Shown in pieces: positions 1-12,500 of a stretch of DNA of 64,000 nt. The DNA lies in assembly GCA_964270895.1 (NCBI GenBank), contig OZ185443.1; one strand, given 5' to 3'. The position numbers and the translations under genes are program-made. Within the stretch, counting starts at the first letter, position 1, and every line of letters starts with the position of its first letter. The notes beneath the pieces were generated by a model. It was not told the origin of the DNA and searched no databases. It saw nothing but the letters and a program-made list of their open reading frames with translations. The DNA is from Podarcis filfolensis. Its lineage: Eukaryota.

Positions 1-413
1 CCCACTATTTTCCACAAGAAACTTAAATTGTGTCTTATGGCTATAGGATGTGTTTCTAACGTCCTCTTTGCAGAATTTTTCACATCAGCAGCCACTTGTC
101 TTCAGCTTGTCAGTTTCTTCATTGCGCAGCAAGAACTATTAAATTCCTCAGAAAATTCCTGCTGTTCACATGGAACACTTTGGTGCTGTGCCAGGATATG
201 GTCATAAGGGATCTACAGATACCGCTCTTAGCGTTTGTTTCTCTTGTGTATATCCTGTAAAAAGATTTCAGTATGCTTATAGCTTCCAGAATAATTCAAT
301 ACATTGTTATAAACTTGAGAAGTGTTTATTTTCCAGCTGATGGTTCATTTCCATCAAATTGGCTTTGATTACTATTTTAAAATAAATTGCTTGTCTATAT
401 ATTTGTAACCTAG

Positions 414-549
414 ATTGCATGAAGAATTGAAAGAGGCTGTTGAAAAGCAGTTGGAGGCTCTACAAGCTGGTCCTACCTCAGGGGATGGTACATTCATGGA
501 TGAAAATATAATAAGAAACCTTCAAGACCAGTTACAACTAGCAAATAAA
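414..549 (+). CDS. SCLT1: SCLT1 exon (LHEELKEAVEKQLE...NLQDQLQLANK)
   Basis: cctag acceptor, gtgagt donor at 550; 136 nt. Confidence 0.93.
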
Positions 550-3500
550 GTGAGTGGATTCAAACATCTAGACTGCCTTGGTTCCTTGACTCTTTTGTAT
601 GTAGTTTTAAAGCATAGTTCCTCAGAATTGGCCCTTCCCCTCCTTTGTTTTTATTTTTGGTGAAGGTAGCATGCGCTTCTCAAAGTAAAATTTTGTCAGG
701 ATTTTTAAGCTTGCTTTTAATTTCAGGATTTTATCTTATTGGCAATCTGTGAACTTCTAAGGTCTGTTGAAGATGATGTAATAAGTTCTGGTGTAGTGAA
801 TGAAGTGTTGGATTAGGACCTGCGGAACCAGGGATCAAATCCCCACTTAGCCGTGAGGCTTACTGGGTGACCTTGGAGCAGTCAGTCACTCTCAGCCTAA
901 CCCACTTCAGTGTTGTTATGAGGGTAAAATGGAAAAGAGTAGAACTGTGTGTACCACCTTGAACCCCTTGGAGGAAATGTGGGAATTAATTAATTAATTA
1001 ATCTTCACATTTGAATTCCATTTTTGGCAGCTAGGTTGCAATTGAATAGAATTGCCTACTGTTTAAATATATAGCATATAGGAAACATGTAAGTAATAAG
1101 TACCATTGCTTTGGGAGGCAAGTGGGAATATATTGCCATTTCTGCATAATGCAGAGTGGCTTTGTAGAAAAATAATAATCTCACTTTCAGTTTTCTGAAT
1201 CATAAGCACTAAGCAGAAACAAAGTTTCTCATATACTATATTTGCTTTTATTTTTGTAGGAAAAGGAACATGCAGTAGAACTTTGGCAGACAGTATCACA
1301 GGAGTTGGAGCGACTTCAGCAGATATATCACGCACACATGACAGAAGCACAGATTCATATTGCTGAAAGTCAGAAACAAAAAGTAATCCAGTTTATTGTA
1401 ATAGCTATGTATTAAAATTTGATTAAAACTTCAGTTCTCTTTTATGGTGGGGGTGAGACTCCATGGTACTTGCTCTGCCACAATCAAAGCCATACCGGGT
1501 CCTTCCAGCTGGGATGGGAAGTGGGGAGATAGAATTTTGTTCTCTTTGTCCCAGTGGGAGGGACATGCCAGCTATGTGGCTGGTGTAAATTCAGACTCAA
1601 TCCATTGACATGTCGGGAAACTAGGAGGCTTTGGGTCCTTGTTCATGGTCTGTCCCCATCATGCCCATCCCATGTAACATCCTGTTTCAGACCATCCAGT
1701 GAATGGTGCGTCTATTCCAGCCGACTTTTCTGTCAGGATTTGGGGGGCATAAGTGCTGTCCTGAGGGCAGAGCTTTTGTCCTTTGGCAAAGCAGCTCTTT
1801 AATTGTTTCCATAAGCTCTTCATTTGGTTCTTAACTGACTTTTGGATTGCTTTTGTAAAAGCAAAAACATGATTGTTTCTCGTTTCCTTGAGATTTCAGA
1901 GATTGTCTTCAGAACGTGACATCGGTGAATTCTGAAGGTCTAAAAACTATAAGGCATATTAGAAAAGGAGCACACTTACTATGGCTTCAAAGCTCCTTAT
2001 TTTGAAACCCATCTATAGATTTTCAGGGGTTAATTGCAGGGTTACCTCCCTTTAACTTACACAGCTTTTATACATAGGACCCATTACTACCACACACACA
2101 CATGCAACTATTGGTTCTGGTGCAAATACCTCACATCTGGTTGCAGAATGTTCAACCACAGCTTGGCATTGACTGAGTACTTTGTGTGTACATTTTTCCA
2201 TTTCTTTCACACACACAAAACAATAAGGACTGAAATACACCATTATTGCTTTTTCTGCTGCTGTGTATTTCTTTTGAAATATCTGGCTAACTGTCAAAGA
2301 GAGAATTCTGGACGACAGCCAGTGGTAATGTATACAATATAGTAATAGTACTTAAATGTTTAAAATGTTAAGCTTGAGCATTTATTTTTATGTTGATGAT
2401 AAATTCTTTAGATTATAATTACATGCTCTGCATCTTCTTTTTAGGATCAATTGACAAGCTTTCAGCAACTAACAAAGCAACTGCATTTCAACAACGAAAA
2501 AACAGAGTCAGTAAGTGAAACACTGAACATTATAATAACATCCTGAAACTGTTGTAGCCTATCTCATATGAATGTCCATTAAAAAGGGGGAAATATATAA
2601 AACAAATGCAAATAGCTCGAAAGCAGATTCTAGGCAATTCTTATCTGTGTATATTATAAACCCTACCTTATTTTTTAACGACTATGCCATATTTTCTACT
2701 TCATTTTTAATCTGTTTTAATTTATTTGTTGGATAACATAATTGACCCTTGCTCTGGAAAATTAGGTCAGATTTGCGTCACCATGAAGAAGCAAGCCTCT
2801 GTCTGTGAAACCACACTTATTTCCTTTTATTCCCTAGAGTTTTTTATTATCATTCAAAATAATGGTTTACAATTTTCTGTTTCCTCTACTTCTCTTCTTC
2901 ACTTTTTGTGTCAACTCTGTTAGAGGGTAGTGAAAATGATTAGTAGTTGTAAAAGAGAGCATGAACACTGCATAGGGTACAAAGTTGTTTTATATATGAT
3001 ATGAAAACGCAGTACGACGTAAGTTGACAATACAATAAAAAAGGCAAATTATATAAATAGCTACATTTAAGAGAGAATTAAGAGGTTTAAATGGAAAGTG
3101 GAGAACTTGTGAAGAAGATAGTCAAGTTGGGAAATTATGAAAGACTTAAACATTCTAGAGTCAACTGTAAGCAAAGAGCAATTTTTTGAAAAGCAAATTC
3201 TTACTTCTTGGAGTACATATCTGTAACCAGAACTTTTAAAACTTTCTGCTACAGGTCTTGGTGTCAAAGAAAAATATATCCACCATACTATGTTTACTGA
3301 TTATTATTATTTTTTTTGTTCTTTGGAATGTATTAAAAGACTTTTCCATTCTTGTAGCTTAATCAGGTATTTAAGAAGACTGTAACAGAACAGAATGTAG
3401 AACTGGACCAGCTACGCAAGCAACAGAGGTATAAATGAGATTTCTGAAACTTACTTTTATTTCATGAGCCCTAGTAGCTTGTTCTAGCTTGTTCATTAAA

Positions 3501-6500
3501 CCCATCTAACGTCACAGAAACAGCAAACTATGTGACAGTGGTTCATATCCAGAGGTGACTTTTGAATGAGCAAAAAGTTTTTGTGCAGTGAAAATTTCAT
3601 TAATTCTAGTCCACTGCGCTCCATGCACTACGCATCCCTTCTTGTCCCTAACTCTTTTGAGGGGTTGCAGTGGGGAATCTGAAAATAAAGACCTTGCCTG
3701 GGAATAGTGAAAGTGCCTTCTGCTTATGCGATCACATATTCTAAGTATCATTCCACTATGGTTAAACTGTAGTGGTTGTGGTACTTTTGATTCTTAATCA
3801 ACTGGACTTCTCCGCTACCCTTCCCCTCTGCAGGGAGGTGGGACCAATTCGGATGGTCCGCCCCCGCCACTTAATGGATCCAAATGGTTTCCAGAGAGTG
3901 GTAGGGGATGCTTTATCTTATCCCATGTTGATGGCCTTTCAGCTGATTTGCTGGTGGCCCGCTGGAATGCGGAGTTAACCAGGGCTATTGAGTGTCTGGC
4001 TCCAAAGCGCCCTCTCCGATTGCATGGAGCCCAGGCAGCCCCGTGGTTTTCTTCAGAGCTGCGCTGAGACGGCTAGAGCACGGGTGGCAGAAAACTCATT
4101 CTGAATCAGCAAAATTCATGTCCACTTCTCTTACATTAGCATGTACCTTTCCTGAACCAAAAGCCATTTGATGAGCAGAATGGCAGCACTGGATTTTGCA
4201 CAATGGGATTATTACCTTTTTTTTTTTTTTGCGTCACCATGAAGAAGCAAGTAAATACTTGCATAAATAATTGATTGCCACAGCCTTAGGGGCTTCTTTT
4301 TGTATAAGTAGTAGTGGATGAGAGTGAATAAATATTTTAAATATTTTAATGTACCGTGGTACCTGGGGTTACAGACGCTTCAGGTTACAGACTTCACTAA
4401 CCCAGAAATAGTACCTCAGGTTAAGAACTTTGCTTCAGGATGAGAATAGAAATTGTGTGGCGGCGGCGCAGCGGCAGCGGGAGGCCCCATTAGCTAAAGT
4501 GGTACCTTAGGTTAAGAACAGTTTCAGGTTAAGAACGGACCTCCAGAACGAATTAAGTTCTTAACCTGAGGTATCACTGTAATGGTCCTGTCCATGCAAC
4601 AGAACTAAGCACAGAAACATGACAGTTTACTGCATATCAGATTAAAGTTTTTAGCTATAAGTGGAAGTATAGCTATGTAAGCAAACCTAGTAGATTGGTT
4701 GAGTGGATGTTTTCCTTATTGATGCATTGCTGTGCCCTGCTATTCTGCCCCCCCCCCTCATATTTCTGTTTTTTGTGATTTTGTTTTATGATATTTTTTT
4801 AACCTGCCCTGGGACCATTTGGTGAGGGATCGCTCCTGAGGAAAATACATACCTACATACCAGATTCTGTTAAGGCCTGTGGAGATATGAAGATGCTTGC
4901 CTAATATCAATGGGCAGGGAGTTCCAGAGAGTAGGTGCTGCCACACTAAAATATCAGTTCCTTACAAGTGAGGAATACTTTTAAAAGTGCCAGTTCCACA
5001 GATCAAAGGAGTCAATGGGTATATATGGATAAGATGATACTTGAAGTAAGTTGGTCCAGAGCTGTTAAAGACTTTATATGCTAATAGGAACACCTTAAAT
5101 TTGGCCCAGTAATGAATCAGCAGCTAGCCCAGGTCTTGAAAGCCACAAAGATTGTATCTAAAGCCTCCAACAGAGAAGCAGGAACATGCTGCAGTACCGT
5201 TCTCTTGCTCTTAGAAAAGAGTGTTTATCAGGGTGACCAAGATTGGCTTAGTCTCAGGGCTGGGCCTGAACGCAGAGTAAAATATGTAGAGAAAATATTT
5301 TAATTATTCAGGTGTGAACAATAAATATCTGCTGAAAGCCACAGATTGCAGTAGCACCTGCTGATGGAAACTTCTACTTCACTTCGTAATTCCCTGTACA
5401 GTTTTGTTAGAGCGTATGTCCTATTTTATATAGAGATGGTGTTATTGCTGAAAAGTGCTTTGCAGAAGTTTCATAAGAAAATAAGAAGGGCCCTGTTGGA
5501 TCAGATCAAAGCTTTATCTGGTTTATCTGGCCCATTTCCCACAGTCACCAGTCAGATGGTTTTTGGAAGCCCACAAGCAGGACTTGGGGGGCAGTAGTTC
5601 TTTTTTGCTGTTCCCCAATGACCCTTAAAAGGCATAAGATTTTTAGCCCTGGGGTGGTATACAGCTCTCATGACTAGCTTTCACTGATAGATTTATCCTT
5701 CATTAATTTGTCTAATCCCCTTGTAAAGCCATCAGAGTTGGTGGCCACATTTGTGAAAGCGAATGCCATAGTTTGAGTACGTTCTGTGCACTGCAGCTGT
5801 TATAACGTGTATGGGCTCAGTATCTGAAAAATCTCCATACACATACCACGTTATCTTTGGATCCATGCTGCTTTCGTTGAGACACTGAGGTCAGCTCCTT
5901 TCAGACAGTTTGGCACCCACATAGAGACCTGGCTGCATGAAAGCAGTTCTAGCAGTAATCTTGCCACTGATTCACAGATAAAGCAGATGGATGAGATACA
6001 AAATAGACAAACTTGCATTTTTATTGGTCCAATGTAAATGTTTTCAGTATGGGAAAATATTATTTCATTATACAATTTACTTAAGATGAAATAAGTAATT
6101 GTGATTAGTAACTCTAATCTGCTTTTTTACAATAAAGTAAAAAAATTAAGTGTTTATTTTTACGTGTAGACAATCCAAGTTGGACTTGAGAACAGCAGCT
6201 GCTAAGGTTGATGAAATGACCAGACTGATTGAGAATCTTCAGGCCCAGGTAGATAGAAAGGTATGTCATGCTACTTCTGATTTCAAACACAAGGCATTAA
6301 TCAGACTTTGGTTGGTTGGCTCCTGTTTTTAAAAAAATTCAAGCGAAGCTCTGATAATTTCTGAATGACTTCTGTGGCTTCCAGGAAGAAGAGGTGCTTG
6401 CTGCTCAGGAAAGAGAGGAAGCATCAGACAAACGCTTGCATCAGTCGCAATCTAGCGTAAAAGAACTGGAGAAAAGGTAGAACATTAATTGATATAAGGA

Positions 6501-9500
6501 GTGTGTGTTTGTTTGATTCTCTGGCACCATAAGGAGTAGCATTGAGAAATTCAAATTCTTTCTTGTTGTTGTTGCTTAAGCCATTACAGATATGTTCTTT
6601 CATCGAATATAGCTTTTTAGACTTATAACTAGGCTTGTTACTAACTGTTCTTTTCTATGTATTGGATATAAAAGTACACTTCCATTAGTAGACGGCGTCT
6701 TCTTCTCACAGAAGGGTTGTTTACTCCTTTCCTAACCAGTGCCTTCTGGTGTTCTGGACTTCAATTTCCATCATCCCTCACTGTTGACTTGGGCTGATAG
6801 GAGGTATAGTCCAAAACAACTGGGAGGCCACAAAATTGAGGAAGGCTGCGTGTGAGTATTAGAATAGGTAATATAAAACTACATCCAAAGATATTCTTGC
6901 AAAAGTTTGGGAACTGCTGTAGAACATTCTTCTTAACATGCATGGACACCTGTTATTATTTTCCTTCCATTCCTTGGTGGTAAGTGTATGTTTGAACATT
7001 GCCTCTGAAGTTAATCTCTGTTTCTACTTGATGCGTTAGAGGTATTGGAAAGGTTTAAGCTATTTTGCAAAAACTATAGATCCAATCCACAAATTCATGC
7101 ATACCTGCCAACCAGATTGCTGGTTCTGTTGAATTTGACAGAAACTCACCACCAGTTGCTAAAGGAGAAGATGGCATTGCTCCAGTCCATACTGAAAGAG
7201 GCAATCAATGTTAAATCCCGATCCAATCTAGAAAGTTCACTATGCATGCACCCCTGGTTGCTAAGTGCAGGATTTTATACCAGGTATTGTCTTTTTGCAT
7301 GCACTGATTGTATCCACAAAGCAATCCACATGCTAAATTATAATTTTTAATCTGATGCTTGTCACTGCAGGGGAGTGTTAAGCTGGTGTTGTGGATGTGT
7401 TTCTAGGCACGCTTACGTGGAAATAAGTTGAATTTAAATCAAGAGAATAGTTTTTAATCCTAGAGCAACATAATACAGATCTTGGGAGGTCATTCTTAAT
7501 AGTTTCTTAGAGCTATGTCCTTCATTTTTTGTTGTTGCCATCTCTTAGCTGGCTCCATCATACAAGTTGACAAATTGCTTTTTCCGTTTGAATGTGTGAA
7601 AAGGGTTTATGTGCTGAGAATTACTGTCAATAAAAGCAAAATGATCTTAATAAGTGCATCTCCATGTACAGGCTTGGGTGCTCAGGAGTGGGACCAATTT
7701 ATACCAGGCACTGAGTGTTAGGTTTGGAATATCCTCCATTTAGAATTGAGTAGTATGCTTATTAGTGAGTTGGTGGAACTCCTGAATAAAGTCTTTCTTA
7801 CGTTATATATAAGACACCACATAAAGCTTGGTGTTAAGTCTTAATTCAGGTAACCTTCCAAACCACCAGAAAAGAACCTCTAGGCCATAGTTTGGAGGAT
7901 TATTTTAAATGAGTTCAAATTAACAAATGATTGTAGTATGTGATCAGTGAGCAAACCAGAATACAAAACCACAACTGGGATGTGCATCAAAATGTTGTAA
8001 TTTGGAGTACTCCCATTTCCAGGATACTTTGTTCTATTCTCTCTCCCATCCTAAGTTTCTGGATTCCCTGCCCCATCTCCCAAGTCAGTCAGAATTCTGT
8101 GGCCACTAAAGGTAAAGGACCCCTGGATGGCTAAGTCCAGTCAAAAGTGACTATGGGGTGCGACACTCATCTTGCTTTCAGACCAAGGGAGCCAGTGTTT
8201 GTCCACAGACAGCTTTCTTTGACTTGTTGATCCTTTGAAAGAATTATCAAGGGCAGTTTCACATGGTGTTATAGCAGTAGTTAAGGTTGCACAGATGTAC
8301 ATATCAGTCATGAGATCTGAATTTGAAAGAGCTTGTCACTTTGCCAGGAAAAATTGTTGAACTTCTGAAAACTAACCTTCAGAATCATTTCAAGATAGTG
8401 AAATGTGGCAAATGAAAATTCATATAACCTTGTCCTCTCTAGATTACAAGAGCTGACAATTGAATGTAGTTTCAATCCTAGATTTAGCTTCAATCAGTTA
8501 AGTGGTCCTTGTTCTGATATGCAGGCTTTGTGTAGCTGCCGAAGATTTAAAAGAGCTAAGAACAGAAAAAACAAACCTAGAAAAACAAATCCAAGAGCTG
8601 ACTGTGAAGTGCACTGTTATAGAAAGGGAGAAGAATGATGCTATGGAAGAGGCTTGTAAGAACATCCAACTCTTAGAAGAAGCTAATCTGCAAAAGAGTC
8701 AGGTAAACAAAACACAAAGAGACCAATTCTCCATATCCGAATATTCACTCTGGTTCTTTTTCTGAAATAGCTGGAATAATCCAGAACATGAGTGAGAGGC
8801 TACAGTTTTGAATAGCCACCTGTTCAAAAAGGGGCCTTCTTAAAGCCACCTCACACGTTCAATTATGTCTGAATAATGTAAGTCTTTCTGACCAGTAGTC
8901 ACACACTTTAAGCATTATAATGCAAATCGTGTCTTGTGTAATACTATCATTTTTTACAGTCTTCATCATGCACTTTCAGGAAAAGTAACTTCCACCAGAC
9001 ACAGTTTGCATTTCAGAAGTGCCTGAATTCTCTTGGAGCAATGTTCTTACTTGAACATTAAATAAAACTTGGGATGTTTCATTGGGGCTCCCATTTTAGG
9101 GATCATCCTTTGGGTCATGTATTTTAAGCCTGTGACATCACATAGTTAGCATTTTAAAAATTTGAATCTTAGGGCATATATGTTTGCCAGTAAGGCAGTT
9201 CAGGTGGCATTATTTGTATAAAGCTAGTATAATTTTTTCTGTCAATTCTGAGCCATCTTGCTAGTATGATGTACAGTAGTAAATAGAACTCTAAAGTGTA
9301 GCACTCTAGAGACAAACAACTTTAAAAATATAGTCTGTAATACTTTTTTTAAAAAAATAGATTTTTTAAAGTCCATTTCATTTTGGGAGGGAAACCAATT
9401 TCTTAAAACTTTGAAGTACTATACTTGTATTTTGACAATAAAAACTAAACATAATGTTCTCTGACATGGAAAAGGGGGATGATCCAGTCTGTCCTCTGCA

Positions 9501-12500
9501 TGCAAGAGGAAGGCTACCAGAAGAAGGGAGCTGTCAGTGGGATAATTATGCACAAAGAAAGGGCATGGAGGACAAGGGAAAAATGTGATGAAGAACTGGA
9601 TCATATACATATTGCTATTGTGCTCCACCAATGGAAGGAAGGACTTTCAGATTGGATCTCTCAGCTGTGGGAATGTTAAAATGAAAGGTCTCTTGAGAAT
9701 GCAGTTGTTTAAACTCAGAAGAAGGTTGGTTGAGAAACAGATACTGTTTCTAGATTCTGGTAGGTAGCTGTGTTGGTCTGATGCAGTTGAAATAAATAAA
9801 AAAATTGTCCAGTAGCACCTTAGAGACCAACTATGTTCTGCACATGAAAGCTTATACCCAGAACATACTTAGTTGCTCTCTAAGCTGCTACTGGACAATT
9901 TTTTAAGATGTCTACATGTTCTTGTCTCTTGATTGGTTCAGCATTAGTTTTGGCTTGTGATCATAAGTTTAATTAGCCTGAAAATTCAGGTATGCCAAAT
10001 TCATTTTTTCTTACAATCTAAGTGTATGTGGAACTCTCTCTTTGTGTTGTCACTATATGAAAAATCCAAAAGTCAGCTCATGGTGTAAAAAATCCATAGT
10101 ATACAGTTAACTTAGGAGTGACACACAAGTAGAAATATGAAATATACTAAAACTCATTGGAAAAGTGCATTTTAGAGTTCGTTAATTTTCTGTTCACTAG
10201 AACACCATGGTCTTGTAACTGTTTAATTTTTTGAATTGTTACCTGGCTGTCCTCAACAGGAATACACTTAGTTTTTTAAGGACTATTCATTTTGTTTCCC
10301 ATTTAGGCAATGATATGTGCAAAACAAAAGGAAGAGGAGATTGAAAATATGAAGGAAGCATTTTCTCATCTGCTTCAAGATGCTGCTTCAAGTACTAGAA
10401 AGGAAGTGAGTTGTGCTTAAAACTTTGTTTATTGGAGAAAACATTTATAGAAAGTCTTCCATATAAAACTGCAAAGCAATTTATGGGAAGAATTTATTTA
10501 ATTAATTAAATTTAATTTATATACCATCCTTCATCTGAGGATCACATAGCATTTTTTAAAAATACATAGCATAGCAACAAACAAAACAATAACCCTCCCC
10601 AAAACAGTAATCAATACAATAAAACAAAAAAGACAAACAATAAAATGCTAAAATACACAAATACTAAGATGTCCAGAATTTCAAACAAACCCAGTACTCA
10701 AAATCAGTGCTCAGAGATACCCCCACAAATTGGTGTGTTCTAACCAAACAGTGGAACACCAATACTCCAGGTGGCCGCCTGCAGTAGTCTCTAGGGAATG
10801 TTGTTACACGTCATAGGGGCAAGTGAAGTGCAGAGGACTTTCCTTGAGTTGGCAGAAAATAGGTGGGAGTGTGCAAAAGGAGATTTGCTCTCAAATAGAA
10901 TGGACCTAAGCTGTTCAGGGCCTATCTTGCATGTTAATTGTGATATATTTTATCTTCTCTGGATGTTTTATTAACTGTATTGTTCTAGCTTGTTTATTTA
11001 TATTTATGTCATTGTAATCAGGCCAGGAATCAGTTGACAAGATGAGCAAGCAGCAATTTAATTAAATTTAATTCTTCTTGTTTATTCTAATGGTGCATTG
11101 TATGACTGGAAAAAACTAACCATTGCATACTAAACAATACATATATATATATTTTAAAAGGTAGAAAATGAAAAGAAAAGGTGCAATATTCAGATATCCC
11201 GATTAGCAGAAGAAATTGATGCACTCCAGAAGGTATGTCTTAGGTTGTACTGGAATTGCTTCTTCTTTGTCTTTAAACTTTTTTGGGGGAAACGTAAATT
11301 GTATCATGAATTCAATCTTTCTGCTGTGTCACATACATTGGGAGAAGGAAAATTCTAAAAGTAAAATTCAGCCACAGTTGTGCATAGCATATGTCCCATG
11401 GATTTCATCAATAGTGATGGGGAAAAAGCTCAGATCCCACTGAAATAAATTAAGCTTAAAAGTTTTTGACTGGATTGCTGTCAAATTATTATTAAAATGA
11501 ATCATCAGAGTCTTCATTAAAAAAATTCAGCAATGGCTGTTGCTGGGTGGTAGTAGTTGATCACCATTTATGCTTTTGTTTCTGAATCTGACTAAATGGT
11601 GCAGAACTTTTATATTTTTCAAAATGCTAGAACAAGTCTTAAAGTCTCAACGGTATTTGAGGATTTTGGTGTATTCTTATCAAAGTACTACATATGTGAA
11701 CATTTTATTTTGTTATCAAGTTTTCATGCAAGCTCTCTTTATTAACATGGTAGTAAATATTTTTGAGGAAAAAGCTAAAAATGAAGGTTCTCTCTGCTCA
11801 TCAGAGCTTCTACTTGTGCTTTTGAGGAGGTTCAGCAGAAGATGAAAAAGATAAAAAGAGTGTTGTTTGTGGCGGGGGCAGGGAAACTGTATCTGTACTT
11901 GGATGCAAGGTCATGTTAAAATATAGGTGTCTCCCTGACTGGGGATTCTGAGGTAAACAGGGATTAGGAGTTCAACAGGGGAACACAACAGAAAGAGTCA
12001 TTTAAGGGATAAAAAGAGATAAAGGAGTGAGGGAAAATGCTTAATTCTCCCTTTGCCCCCATCCTCCCTCCAACTTTGCATTTTTTTGTGGAATATCCCC
12101 CCCCCCATCCCTTTCAATTTTCTAGCATTGTATTTTTATTGTGCTTATTTTCTTACCTACTTACTACATTAGTATGACACCTGTTAATAAAGTATTCTCT
12201 AGATTGCTTCTAGTAACCGAAAAAAGACTACCAACAACCATAAAAAAATAAAGCCAGCAGGAAAAGATGATACCATTATAATAAAAACTTACAACAGCAG
12301 TTCTCACATATTTTAAAGTGTTCCAGAATATCATAGAGGTACATGCTCACTAGACTGCTTCAGTCTGTGGAACTGGCTGTGGAACCTCAGTCTGTGGAAT
12401 ATGGCACTTTTACAGTGCCATATAACATTCTTTCCACACTTGCAAGGAATTAATCCTTTGACATGGCAACACCTGCACTTTGGAACTCCCTGCCCATTGA

